Shown here piece after piece: positions 30,283-45,008 of a DNA stretch of 64,000 bases; positions within the stretch are counted from its first letter, which is position 1, and every line of letters starts with the position of its first letter. The translations under genes were made by a program, and so were the position numbers. This stretch comes from Podarcis melisellensis (lineage: Eukaryota), in assembly GCA_964234715.1 (NCBI GenBank), contig OZ174276.1; one strand, written 5' to 3'. Below the pieces are notes generated by a model. The model had not been told where the DNA came from. It saw only the letters and a program-made list of their open reading frames with translations, and searched no databases.

Positions 30283-30810
30283 TAGTAAAGGTACAGGTAG
30301 TTCTATATTGAATAGAGAAGTCCCACTGCATGCTTTCATGAAGACTGACATAAAAATTTACCTTGATGTAGGAAAACATGTCTGTAATATTTAATAATGC
30401 AACTAGGGAGTTTTGTTATTTAAAAGTTATAAGAAAAGTCTTAAGATAAGCATTTTGCTCAGCCATGGGAAACGGACAGAACTGGATGTCAGCATGACTG
30501 GAGGGTCACTAAATGAAGCAACTAATATATTCCAGATGTCTTGTGAGAAGAAGCATGTATTTACAAATACAGAGCATATTTTCTTTAAGTCCCAACAATG
30601 AGCATTTCCTCATTTTTGTAAAAGTACTTTGCTTCATGACATTTAGTAGACTTCATGGAAACTCTAGATTTTGTATTGGCAAATGTGGAAAATGTTAACT
30701 CTATCTTCTGTAAACCTCGGATTTAGTGTAATCATTCCACAGGGCAAATGACTATTTTTATGATGCTAACTTTCTCAGCCTATGTTGCTTCTGCCACAGT
30801 CAGAACAGTA

Positions 30811-31036
30811 CAGTGGTACCTCGGGTTACAGACGCTTCAGGTTACAGACTCCGCTAACCCAGAAATAGTACCTCGGGTTAAGAACTTTGCTTCAAGATGA
30901 GAACAGAAATCGTGCTCCAGCAGCACGGCGGCAGTGGGAGGCCCCATTAGCTAAAGTGGTGCTTTAGGTTAAGAACAGTTTCAGGTTAAGAACGGACCTC
31001 CAGAACAAATTAAGTACTTAACCCGAGGTACCACTG
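30811..31036 (-). mobile_element. Tigger-like MITE family A, copy 2
   Basis: Same 18-bp TIRs and TA TSD. Interior is the reverse complement of copy 1. Confidence 0.92.
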
Positions 31037-31230
31037 TACAATGTTCTGCTATTTTGAGAACCTTGAAAGACTCATGGGCTTGAAGTGACTTGAGAACTTT
31101 GATCTTATTCTCATGGTTGATTTCATATTGGATCTTAACCTATCAACTAACTACAAATTAATGGTGTGAAAGAATTGGGGACATGCAAGATTTTAGTGTT
31201 TCCTGACTGAGGTATCAGGACACAAGAAGT

Positions 31231-31880
31231 TTGTTTATATTTCACATTTTTCTCAGTCTGGGACTCAAGGTGGCTTACACAGATAAAATAGAACAAGCTA
31301 AAAACAATGGGGAAAACAATCATTAAATTGCAATTAAACACTAACAGAATTAAAATAGTATTTTAAAATCCATTAAATGCAGGCAGTAACATTAAAATTA
31401 TTACAGCACCAGCCCTTTCCTCAAAAACAGTCCATTCCAAAAGACCTGTTGGAATAGAAAGTTTAGGAATAACTAAAAAGACCTGTTGGAATAGAAAGTT
31501 TCTTCACCCGCTGGCAAGAGAACAGTCTAACCTCTCTAGAAAAGTTCAAAGTCTGGGGCAGCCACTGAGAAGGCCCTTTCATATAACCCTACCATGCATG
31601 CCTGTGAGGATGGTTAGGCTGAGAGAAGGATTTCCCTTAAAGATCTTGGAGCATGGGCAAGTTTGTATGAGGGAATACAATTTTTCAGATGGCCTAGATC
31701 TAAGTTGCATTGGGGCTTTATAGGTCACAACCAGCACTTTCACTTGCGTCCAGAAATAGGGTGGTAGCCATGGAGCTGTTGGAACAAGATTGTCGTATGC
31801 TTCCCATAACCAGACCCAGCAATAGTCAGGCTGCTGCTCTGTGAGACAGTTGAAGTTTCTGAACTCTTTTTGAAGGCAGC
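31231..31880 (-). mobile_element. Degraded L2 LINE 3' fragment
   Basis: The minus-strand translation has L2-like remnants (WLP...VKVLVVTYKA). Contains the GGGGCAGCCACTGAGAAGGCCCT motif typical of reptile L2 3' regions. Confidence 0.65.
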
Positions 31881-32781
31881 CCCACCTTGAGTCTTCGGGG
31901 GAGTCCCACATCACTAAAGCTGAAGATGTGTATTGCCTGCACAATAGTATATAACATAGTCCATCTGCAGCACTTGGCAGCTGCAGGAGAAACTTTTTGG
32001 ACACAGTGAATTGTGCTGCCACTTCCCAAACTCAGAACAGACCAGTATGTATTCAAAAAAGGCAAGTGGGACAGCTGACTCCCTGGATGAACCATAATCC
32101 CCATATTCTAACTTTTGTAGAACCTGAGATATGACACTGTTGATTCTGACCCCTTTTCACCAGATGAGGGAGAGCTCTTTTCCCTGCCCCATCCCAAACT
32201 TTCTGTCTCTCATCCACCTTTACTTGCCATGCAGGGAATTGCTGATGCTGGTTTCAGCTCCAACTGAAAAACTACTGCTCACCCAGGGAATTCTGTTCAA
32301 CCCTCCCCTCCTTCTTCTTCATCGTCTCTCAACCAGCAGGTTGGTATGAAGCAAGTGCCTTGGACACCCTTCTGAATTCCAGCTGATTATTATTGGCCAC
32401 AAAACAATACATGTTACAATCATATTCCACTACTATTAGACAAAAGCATGCAGTAGTTTTTCACCTTGATCTAAAAGTTTCCCAAAACATGCACTGAAAA
32501 CAGATAAACGTTTCTGGAAAAACCACCCCAGCAAGGTCTTGTAGGAAGGTGAATTCATGAAGTCACTCATCAAATGTTTAACTAATTTAAAACAAGCCAT
32601 TTTTTATCCCCTCTCTCCAAATTTGGCACAGTTCACCCTCGGAATTTCTAATTCTATGCAGACTTGTTACATATTAGGCAGATGAACTATTTCCTCACTT
32701 TAATCCATAGAACCTACTGCCCCTACCATTTCTCATTATAATGGCAGAATGTTATTCAGCCAGTTCACCCTTAACATAGGG

Positions 32782-33173
32782 CAGGGGTCCCCAAACTAAG
32801 GCCGCGGGCCAGATAAGGCCCGAAGGATTCATTTATCCTGCCCGCTGTGACCCCCACCACCTGCTGCTGCCGCCTGCTACTACCGACGCTGTGCTGCACA
32901 GCTGCCCACTTCCGGGTCGGAGAAACACCAGAAATAGCTTGTGTGCATGCGCAAGCGTTATTTGCGCATGCTCAAGCATTATTTCTGGTGCACATCTGGG
33001 TCGGAGGAGGCCCATGCACATGCTCACAAGCTATTTCCGGTGCTCTGGCCCGGAAGTGCACCAGAAATAGCATGTGTGCATGCGTATGTGCACGTGCTCT
33101 CCCGCCCTCTGGCCCACCGCACAATCGGCGCTGGAGACACCGGCCCGAGGCGCAGTAAATTTGCTGACCCCTG
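32782..33173. mobile_element. hAT (Charlie-like) MITE
   Basis: TIRs CAGGGGTCCCCAAACT / AATTTGCTGACCCCTG. 8-bp TSD ACATAGGG / CCATAGGG (one mismatch). Confidence 0.88.
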
Positions 33174-34683
33174 CCATAGGGTCACAACTAGTCCTATAAC
33201 TAGAAGGGCTCAGGAATGCAAGTACCTTGGAGCATCCTTCATTTGTTCACATTATTTGTGTTTGCCCAGCAGTTGCCACACTAGCATATCTCTGCAAGGG
33301 ACTAAGTCCAAACTGGGGAAGATCTTGCACAGGAAGAAGAAAACAACATTGCTTTCACCTACACGCCTAGTTTAAAACATTGCCACATGTCTGCTAAGCA
33401 ACACTGGTTGCTATGAACCATCCGCCCAGAGCTCCATTTCTAGCATTGCTCACAGTGTCCTGCCGCAACTGGCTTTGTCAACAAATGAATGAGTTATTTG
33501 AAGTATGTTTGTTTATGCTTTTTAATATCCACAGTTCTGATTTATGTAGCTTATGTTTCCCCATATAACCAAAAGACTGACATGCATACAGTAGTTTCCA
33601 TTATATGCAAGCACTGACTCATAGACTGCAATCCTGAGTCCACTTACATTTGGATTAAATTTCATTTAATTAAATGGGGTTTACTTCTGAGTATATACCA
33701 AAAGTATATGCTGCGCAATTAACTTTCAGTAAGGAACCATGAACTGATTGTAACTGTTTGCTTGTTATTCCTTTATTAATAATTGACAAATATTTTGTGT
33801 GCACAAGAGATTTTATGAAAGGCTGTGAAATGTATCATTAAGAAAACACACACCTAGATTTAAAAGCAAGCAGATGAACCCAAAGAGAGTGTTGCGGGTT
33901 TGTGTGTGGGTGTAAAAGAAGTAGTGAAGTCCCCTGCACCCAGCAGTTATTTAAAAAGTGTCCTAGCAATCAAGAAATATACTCCTGACTGGCCAAGTTT
34001 CCTTATTAACTTCTGAGCAAATACAATGAACCAGCAGGCAATACAAATAAAGCCAAATCAAAGGACATTCCAGCAGTATCTGTGCCCATAGTGCTGACCC
34101 ACCAAGCTTTCTTTAAAAAAAACTAATTTAAATATGATTCTCACCAACTGAGCCCTGGTATGACAGGCTAGAGCACAATAATGAACCACCAAGCAGGCAA
34201 TGCAGCATCTGGCCCAGCAACACAAATAAATAGCTCTCAGCTGAAAATGTATTTACTCCTTCTTTGCATTCCCCCATTCCTGAGTGGCATAGAATGTAAG
34301 GAGATTTCACAGAACAAATTCCAGAGAAGTAGCCACATTAAGCTGCTTCAGTGTTAAGGAGGGGGAGGCAGGAGGAGAGAGAGGGGTGAAGTATTGTGGT
34401 GGCTTAAAGACAGAAATGTCCTGTGGCAGAAATATTATGCCACAATAAGGCCTTGAAGGTGCCACAAAACTTAGTGCAACCCTCTCAATATGTAGTTGGA
34501 CTTATGTCCTCCTGTATCCAGTGGGGTTTACTCCCTAGTTAGTATCTCTAGGATTGCAGCCTGAGTTGTTTTCACAGGACAAGTTTTATTTGGAAGGCGA
34601 TAAGTACCAAAGACAAAACACATTCATCTATCTATCTTCAAGAGTACAAAAGGCATTATGTGGCACAGAAGCAATTTCATTTG

Positions 34684-34892
34684 TACCTCAGAAGTCGAAC
34701 AGAATCCGTTCCCGAAGTCTGTTCAACTTCCAAAACGTTCGATAACCAAGGCGCAGCTTCCAATTGGCTGCAGGAGCTTCCTGCATGCAATTGGAAGCTG
34801 CGGAAGCTGCATCGGACATTCGGCTTCCAAAGAACGTTCACAAACCGGGACACTCACTTCCAGGTTTGCGGCGTTTGGGAGCGAAAATGTTT
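34684..34892. mobile_element. Truncated Tigger-like MITE
   Basis: GTACCTC...AATCCGTTCCCGAAGTCTGTTC start resembles family A ends. Internal palindrome GCAGCTTCCAATTG...CAATTGGAAGCTGC. Termini are missing. Confidence 0.55.
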
Positions 34893-36164
34893 TCTGTTCC
34901 AGGAAAAGCTTTACCTGTTGACACAATGAATAGCTAGGACAGTTGTTTTCCTGATCAATTGACCACACTATCCTACATTCAGTGTCCTCCGTATCCAAAG
35001 CAAATGGCCTCATGTTGCTGCCACCATGCACTTGAAACCTGTACTCCGTAAACATGTTTCACATTTGGATCAATATTTCAGAGGATTGACCTACTTGGTA
35101 ATGCTCTCTTGCTCTCTCTATGCCTGGTGGGGGGAAGCTTTTTTAAAAACTGAGGCAGCAAGGAAAGAGGATAAAGCAGATAACCTTATTCTCAAATATG
35201 AATTCTATCTCTTTCCATATTACACCACCAGCACCCATTACTGATAGACTGCAAAACAGAAAGTAAGCCCACTAAACCATTCATACATGCAATGTGTGCC
35301 TGAATAGGATATCAGTGCCTGGGAAGCCTTAAGGTCCTCACTTTGCAAGTCCCCCTCCATATTTTCCCTAATGAAATGATTATAAGTGAGAGCTTGGGAC
35401 CAACACAAGATACTTGAGTCCATAGTCTTTTTTATCCACATTGCTGACAGTGTCTTACATCAACGGTAGAAACAACTGGTTGCCCTTCTAGCATCTGCAG
35501 GTTTTAGTGGTAAGGAATTAAGTATTTCTCTTGCTACAGACCTAATTGTAGAGTGATTGGAATTTCTACTGCAGGTGTACAAAGTACTAATGATTACAAA
35601 GGTGATGCAGAACAAACAGGCTGCTGAGTTACTTAACAATCACCAGCCAAGCCCTGTCACTTAAATTCCACATGACTCATGCCTCCAGAGCAGGTGCATG
35701 CCTGACACACATTCCATAGGAAGAGTGTGCTTCACTGAGTGATGTTTGCTCTGTACTTAACAGGTTATGACATCCCAAGGCCTACTCCTTTCTAGTAAAG
35801 GTGGAGGTGTATTTTTTTTGTTCTTTAAAAAGCTTTTGACCATGTTGCCACTGGGCTTCATAGCACCTCTGTTCTCTCCCCCTCCCCCAATTTCTTTTTA
35901 TTGGAGCAGCACTGAGCACAGAACTGCACATTATGGGAGAAATATTGCACCCGTCCAAAACAGTAGCCTGCATCTCCTCTGCTTTTCTCTCCAAGTAAAA
36001 TGTAATAAGAGGGGATGTCTGACATGAAGTCATCACAACCCAAAGTTTTCCACTTCAAGCAGTGAAAGTGGATTAAAGGACCACAACAATGAACACACAG
36101 ATCTGAAAACTAATATTGGGCTTAATATCACATATAACCTACTTGTTCCAGGCCAACAATGAGA

Positions 36165-36166
<2 letters not shown>

Positions 36167-36209
<43 letters not shown>
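36167..36209. repeat. (AC)n microsatellite
   Basis: Seen directly. Confidence 0.98.
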
Positions 36210-36211
<2 letters not shown>

Positions 36212-36340
36212 CAGTCCTTTTTTCTAAAAAATGTTTAGGGGTACTCTCATTTTCCTATTAATTGAAATACTGCCCCTCAATTAGGCCAAACTCAGATTCA
36301 CAAAATGTTTAGGGGTATGCGTACCCCCGCATACCCCCAG

Positions 36341-36345
<5 letters not shown>
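36212..36345 (+). mobile_element. hAT MITE family B, copy flanked by microsatellites
   Basis: Near-identical to 44865-45008. The right TIR is disrupted by (TC)n(CA)n. Confidence 0.85.

Positions 36346-36397
<52 letters not shown>
36346..36397. repeat. Compound (TC)n(AC)n microsatellite
   Basis: Seen directly. Confidence 0.97.
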
Positions 36398-36398
<1 letters not shown>

Positions 36399-37619
36399 GC
36401 TATGATTACTGGGATTCCCCTAGATTATGTGTTAGGCAAGTAGAAGTGATACACTGTGTCATGAAACCGATCTCTTTAGCATAGGTTTCTTTAGCATATC
36501 CTGTTTCTCTGTTTAGTAAACAAAACTCAAGTCCATGGATTGACAGCGAGGTCATCTCTGGGCCAGGACAACCAACTTCAGGGGAATAACCCTTGGCAGA
36601 ATGTTCCCTCCATTTCCCATCCTTCAGGGTAGGTAGAATGAAGTAATGAAGTGATGCTATATCTTTCTAAACATCCATCCATCAACTTCTACTGCAATCA
36701 CATTCCACAGCAGGAGGGCATACAAGATGTTGCTGGGGGGCGGGGAGTAATATATCCAATACTTCCTGCTTGTGACAAAAATAGGGGACGCAGAGTTTCT
36801 CTTTAAACTTCCTGTCTACTCCCAGCCTGTTTATTAGTTTCCCAAAGGACCAAACTTACTTTAAAAGTTCAGGACATTGTAACCATGCTGGACATCCATC
36901 AGGTCTCCAGAGGCACTTTACTAAAATCCTTCATTACTATCTGGGACGCAAGCCTGGTAATAAGGGAATTTCACAAGGCACAGTATGAAGTTGAAGAGCA
37001 AGAGTTTATTTACAGATATTAGAATTTGCACAGTGTTTAAAACAATGCTTATAAAAAGCAGCCAAGCACTTAAAAAGTAGAAAATACTGGATTGCTGGTT
37101 TAGAAGTTATGGCTAGCAAGGTTCTCTAATAACTTACGTAGTGATCCACAAGTACTTTTTCAAAACAGAGACTGATGTATGTTGTTTGTTGAAAAAAAGG
37201 AGAAGCAGGAACTGTGTTCCATGCCTGGTCATGCAGGGCTACAATTTCTCCAAAAGAGAATCTCATGCATACACTTGGATTTGCTATGAGAGTTGAGAAT
37301 TTACCAAATCAGGATTAATAGAAAAGGGGAAGGATTTAAAGACTAGCCAGTCAGAATATGAATTGTCACGGTTACTGCATGCATTTGCAGGTAGGGATAG
37401 AATTTATACCAACAGATTTTTAAATGTTGAGAGATTAAAGATTGTAAGAACCCCCTACACCCCCACAGAGTAGTCTGCCAGGAAGGATTGCTTCTAATGC
37501 ACTCAGGAGACACGCAGCGTTGAGATAACTTCACATAAGAGCAAGATCAAATAGGTGGGGATGAGATTTGAGGCTTCATAGATATAGAACCAGGATGGAA
37601 GAAAGGACTCTAGTCTTGG

Positions 37620-38114
37620 CATAGGCGCCGACTCCATGGGGCCTGAGGGGGCCCGAGCCCCCTCAAAAATTTGTTTGGGGGGGCTCTGCCCCCCCAATAA
37701 TTTAAGAAAATTATTAGTTATATTATGCTTTGTAAAATCACAAAATTATGTTGGTATTTTTTATTTTCCTTGTTTGACGATAGTTACCTTTTAAAATACA
37801 TTCAGTAATGAGTTAAAACAAAGCCACTCCCGATCTAGAGAGGGGGTGGGGTTGCGGGCTCTCGACCCATCAGCCCCGCGAGAAGCGGGGATTCCCCCTA
37901 GCTCATTAATATTCACCGCCCACGGCGGCAGCCAATGGGCTGTCGCAAAGGGCGGGCCCTCACAGGTTCACTTAAGGTCGGGGCAGCCCGGGGCTCGCCC
38001 CTTTCATTCCCCCAGAAGCAGCGGTTTGGAGGTCTTGGGCCCCCCCCAATATTTTTTATAAGTCGGTATGGGCCCCCGCCCCCCCCCAATATTTTTTATA
38101 AGTCGGCGCCCCTG
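37620..38114. mobile_element. hAT (Tip100-like) MITE
   Basis: TIRs CATAGGCGCCGACT / AGTCGGCGCCCCTG. Perfect 8-bp TSD AGTCTTGG at 37612-37619 and 38115-38122. Confidence 0.9.
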
Positions 38115-38812
38115 AGTCTTGGGCAGATGTAACAAACTCTTCTCATACAAATGATCACTCATTCTGCACATACTATTACTTACTGTTAGATTCTTATCCG
38201 GCTGCTTCATGGTGCATTTGTTTGCTCTGCAATGGCCTGTCTGCTAATATATTGTTGCATGCCACACCAATCTCTGAGCGGTGCAAGATTCCAGGAGCTT
38301 ACCCAGAGTTCGTGCTTCTTTTTAGAAATGAGTGGAGACTATGGTGTGTCTTTATGATACATGGTTTAGTTACACATACGTATATACAATCTGAGCCTAC
38401 AATAGAGGGGTTCACAACATGAACACCCTAAATGGCCTTGTTTCTCCCATAGCCACAGCCTTGGATTCAAACAGAAATCAGCCATGGCTCTCTCTGTCTT
38501 TCCAGCCTGCAACTTTTCCCTCTAGGTCACATCACAGCAAACCCTAAATTTCCCTACAATCCAGGCTTTATTTGTTCTCACTATCTGAGTGTTGAGGGAG
38601 GGCACCCAGCCATGTGCATCTCCCACAAAGCCTCTTCCTTTGTTCTCCTTACACCTCACCAGGAGGCTAGCCTGGCCTGATTAGCTGTTAACACTTGCTG
38701 GACCTAGGGAACCGACACCCACAAACTTATAACAATATTATCATATTTACCGTAATCATTCAAAATGAACCTCATCCACTTTCAGCATGTAAGATGGCCA
38801 GCCATGCCCTAT

Positions 38813-38983
38813 GTAAAGGTAAAGGTAAAGGTACCCCTGACTGTTAGGTCCAGTCGTGGATGACTCTGGGGTTGCGGTGCTCATCCCACTTTACTGGCCG
38901 AGGGAGCCAGCGTTTGTCCGCAGACAGCTTCCGGGTCATGTGGCCAGCATGACTAAGCTGCTTCTGGCGAACCAGAGTAGCAC
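38813..38983 (-). mobile_element. Sauria SINE, 5'-truncated
   Basis: (GGTAAA)n tail complement followed by the Sauria SINE 3' body. Confidence 0.88.
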
Positions 38984-40030
38984 CACCCAAAAAAAGTACC
39001 CCAAAGCAAAACAGCAACCAATTAGGGAGAGGTAGCACAAAACAGGAATAGCTGAGGAGTCTACAGAGGGAGAATCTCCCTTCATTCTGTACAACAAAGA
39101 GAACAGCAAACAAAGTACTGGTATTAGGCATTCTTATCTGCATGGCTTTTCAAGCACTAAGGAGACAAAAGCATTACACAGAGCTCATACTCACCTAAAT
39201 CTGGCAGGCCTTGTAGGGGTAGCTAGCAGGGAGGTGCCCCTGTGTTAAAAACAACCACAACTCTGGATTAAAACTTACTGAGATTGTTTAGATTATGCTA
39301 TGTTGGCCCTTGAAGATTCAGTATTAAATAAATAGATGTTTTGTTTTCAAATCACATAACATTATGGCTTGACGTAAGCAGAGCGTGCCTTTTCCTGTCC
39401 ACTGCTGAAGGAAGATCCTTTTGTTCCATTCTGCCACAGCACCTCAATGGGGTGAGGTGTGTGTTTCCCTGGGAGTGTTTTAAAGACAAAGAATTTGGGA
39501 AGAAGCAAAACATACTGGCCTAGGGAAGAGCAGCAATAATATCTTTATCAATTGGTGGAAAATACAGAAATGACAATTACAATTAAGTTATTGTAGGAAA
39601 ACATAGAAATCAAGAAATGACAACTACAGTTAATTGAGTCTAGGTTGTCCGTTGTATACCTAGGTTGATATTTGCATTCATAGCACGCTAAACTACTTAG
39701 CATTACACACAGTGGCAGGTTGCTAGGAATTCACAGCAAGTTCCCTGTTCTGTATAGTAAACAACACTCCCTTTTACATAGGTAAAAACTATTATACCAC
39801 TGAATCATCCACCCTCTGCTTTATTTGTACATGAGCCAATAGTCACCCATTACTTCATAAATCAAACATATTTTGAAAATGTCGAATTCTTTTGTTGTGA
39901 CTGTCAGTGATAAGATGAACAATTAAGACTGTGCTCCTGTGTAGTGACATGACAGGTCTTACATCTGGGTAAACATTCATAGGATTCTATCCCTGTAAAA
40001 CACAACTAATTCTATCAGATACACTTAAAT

Positions 40031-40657
40031 CGGAGGTTTTCAACCTTTTTGAGTCCACAACTCCCATGAGCAACTACATTCTTTCTACGGCACCCCTGTG
40101 GGGCTCAGGAGCCCTGTTATGTCACCCCTTGCCTGCAGAGCTGGCAGGCTCTCACTCTTTTTTGAACACCCTTCCTTGTGGAGTGTTCCCTCAGCCTTGG
40201 GAGTCCTCTGGGTAGCTGCCGACGCCCCTGGTTTCTGAGCTGCCCTGTAGAGAGGTGCCTCTTCACACTACCCCAGGTGCCTGGGACTCATAGCTGTCAA
40301 CATTCTCCTTTTTTAAAAGGGAAATTTCCTTATTCCGAATAGGTTCTCCCTTAAAAAAAGGGAAAAGTTGACAGCTATGCTGGGACTTGTCTGTCCAATC
40401 CCAACAGCAAGGGCTGGCTGGCTGGGCTTCCTTGCCGCTTGCTTGCTTACTCCAAGGCGGCCTCAGCATCTGGCAGCCAGTACCCCCTGGCCGGCACCAT
40501 TCGCCTCTGGAGCTTGTAGCCAGGGCTGCTGCAAAGAACAGCCGCAAAAGCCTTTGAGAGGCAGAGACACAAGAGGTGGAGGCCACTGTTGCCCACAGCA
40601 CCCCTGACCATCATTCAAGGCACCTTGGTACCACGGCACACTGGTTGGAAACCACTG
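40031..40657. mobile_element. hAT (Charlie-like) non-autonomous element with nested insertion
   Basis: TIRs CGGAGGTTTTCAACC / GGTTGGAAACCACTG. Perfect 8-bp TSD ACTTAAAT at 40023-40030 and 40658-40665. Confidence 0.88.
40289..40379. mobile_element. 91-bp miniature hAT element
   Basis: Perfect 13-bp TIR CATAGCTGTCAAC / GTTGACAGCTATG. Perfect 8-bp TSD CTGGGACT at 40281-40288 and 40380-40387. Confidence 0.9.
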
Positions 40658-41643
40658 ACTTAAATGGATGGGCCTTATCAGAATTTTAAAACATGGGGGT
40701 GGGGAAAGCAATAAATTAAAACGTTGTCTTTAATATTAAAAAAACCCAAAAGAACTACAAGGTCAGAGTGGAGGAATCAACTTTTATTATCAGAGTTGAA
40801 AAATACATTTATTATAAAAAATAATGGTGTTGGCAAATGGCAACAGGGACCTTAACAGCTGTTCTAAATCAGATTGTTCAGCTTTATTATGAGACAAGAA
40901 CTGCAGTGACAAGGTGAAGGGCAACTATTCTACATCCTAACAAAATACGTGGTCATTATTGGTGCTCTTCCTCCATATGCAGAGGCGCTTTCTTCTGATG
41001 CATCCTTGTGATTGGTGGAGTCATGCACTTGCCATGGCATCTGTGGTCGGCATAATGGCTTACACTACCTACCTATGTTTTATCTTAAAGTTTGCTGCAT
41101 TTGTGTGACACCGTCAGCTGAGCATAGGTAATGCAAATGCTATTCTTGAGTGTGTTCAGTTTTTCCACTTCATTTGCAGCTTCCCATGAAATGGGCAGCT
41201 TAAAAAATGTTTGTTCAGCCTGAAGATCTGTGAAATTGAAAGGACTTATAAACAGTGTTAAGTTATAAATCAGTGTCATTTTTCAGGATATACAGAACCC
41301 CCCCCCCCATCCTTTGGCACATGCTTGTGGTGATACACAAGGCTGGCGCTCCTGTGTGTGGGTGGGTGTGTTCAGCTGTACATCTGGAAATGTGGGGGTG
41401 CTCGCTGGGAAAATTTCCATGTAGTGTCTTCAAGACTAACAGTTTTGATCACATGGATATTTTTGATGAAATAAGTTTATTTCCCAGGTATGTCTGCTGA
41501 AAGGTATATGGAAAATTCCCCGGAGGATAGCTGCAGCGAAAACAAAGTCCTGTGGCACCTTGAAAGAAAGTTACCAACTTTTTAAGGCGTAGGGGTAAGC
41601 TGCAGTCCTTTGCTGAAGTGGAGAGTCGCACCCCAAAGCTCAA

Positions 41644-41645
<2 letters not shown>

Positions 41646-41690
<45 letters not shown>
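41646..41690. repeat. (TAA)15 microsatellite at the 5' edge of the WWC1 CpG island
   Basis: Seen directly. Confidence 0.98.
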
Positions 41691-41699
41691 GTTGAGTTG

Positions 41700-43280
<1,581 letters not shown>

Positions 43281-44864
43281 CGACTGTTTTCAATGCTTGG
43301 TCTCCGCTCTGGAAGATGCGAAGTTGTAGTACAGTTCAGAAAGGGGTTTCTGAGCATGTGCAAAGCGCCTTTCCCTCGGCCCTTAAATTACTCTAGATTT
43401 GAGGCGCGAGAACACAGACAGTGGGAAGCCTTAGCCCCTGGCACCTGTGTAGTTGTAAATGGCTGGAAGACACCATGGGAAGGAGACCTACTCTAGAAGC
43501 TGCCTGCCTTGTTCATATCAACTTGCCATATGGGACAAACCACTCACATGTAGCGTTTAGTACTCATAAGCTTTCAGAGGCCTGGGAGGGTACACTGCTG
43601 GTAACCTCAAGCTAATTGTAAGTATTTACTACATTTTTTTTTTAGACCTCTGCACACACTTTTCTGGTGGTGTGCATTATTTTCTTTATCCCACCCACAT
43701 TTTATTCCCCAACCACCCTGTGAGGTAGATTAGGTTTACAGTGTGCGCTCCCAAACCACCTGGTGAGTTTCATTCCTGAGCTTTGTAGTGAACAAAGGTG
43801 TCCCAGAACCTGTCATTCTAGGTGCTTCTCCATTTGGTAGATGCATGTATATGAGATAGGCATGTGTGAAATGTTTACATGGGTAAGCACTTTACTTGTG
43901 GCCTATATCAAGTTTGTCTCAGTCCTAAACTGAACTGCACAAGTGGAAAGGCTGCTACAGACTTGTCACAGTTTTCTTTGCCTTTCCCATTTCACAACAA
44001 GAGCCTGACACCTTTCTATTTTAGCTTTAAGTTGTAAAAAGGCAAGGGGTGGGGAAGTTATGAGAATCAAGAAGAGTCTTGTCCTCTAATTCCAGAAATA
44101 TGGCGTAGCCAGAGCTGTGGTTACCTGGTGCCCAGGGAAATCTGCTTGGGAAATCCACTCCCAAATCACATCAGGGACGCTTCATTCTATATTATTACAG
44201 CACAAGTTCTAAAGCTCAGCTTCGGCATGAAACTTTGAAATTCAGCATACCAGTCCCTATCCCAAGGGCTCCATTTTGCTGTCCTGCTGGTGGTTGTAGC
44301 GACTGCTTGCTAATAGGTACCCTTACCTTTTTGCAATTTGTACAGTGAATCCTGACATTTGAATGGGTTCCCAGATATTTATGTAAATTGAATGTTACCT
44401 GGAATGATGCTAGTCAGGACTATCTCCTTCCTCCATTTTTTAAGACTTGTCAGAACACAATTGCACCTGCTCAACTGAAGGTGTGTCTCAGGAAACTGGA
44501 GAAATCAAACAGGTGCATAGAACCTGTCAGACTCCTTGGTTGCTACATGCTAAGCCAATTTAGTTTATTTTTTTAAGGAACAGCTACATCAAAATTTGCC
44601 ACCAGGAACACAATGATCTATTGCTTATAGGAGACTGTTGCCAAAAGCAATGATAATCTCTGTGCAACTACCTAAAATTACTTAGTTATCTTGCAGATTG
44701 CATTATGTAGAAGTTTTGTGAGGTGTACATGTTGGTTCCTCACTTGCCCCACTTCTGAAACACTTTATTCAGATGAAAACACTTTAGGACATCCCTGCTT
44801 ATCTCTATTCTGAAGGCACCAACTGTCAAATCAGTATAAAATACCTATGTATGATAGTCTTAAG

Positions 44865-45008
44865 CAGTCCTTTTTTTCTAAAAAAATTTTAGGGGAACTC
44901 TCATTTTCCTACTCATATTGAAATACTGCCCCTCAATGAAGCCAAACTTAGATTCACAAAATGTTTAGGGGTATGCGTACCCCTGACTCCCCCCAGAAAA
45001 AAGTACTG
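44865..45008 (+). mobile_element. hAT MITE family B, 144 bp
   Basis: TIRs CAGTCCTTTTTTTCT / AGAAAAAAGTACTG. Perfect 8-bp TSD GTCTTAAG. Second copy at 36212. Confidence 0.9.

Noticed and set aside
31439-31501. 26-bp direct repeat with an 11-bp spacer
   Set aside because: Only two units, inside an L2 remnant; a local duplication, not a CRISPR-like array.
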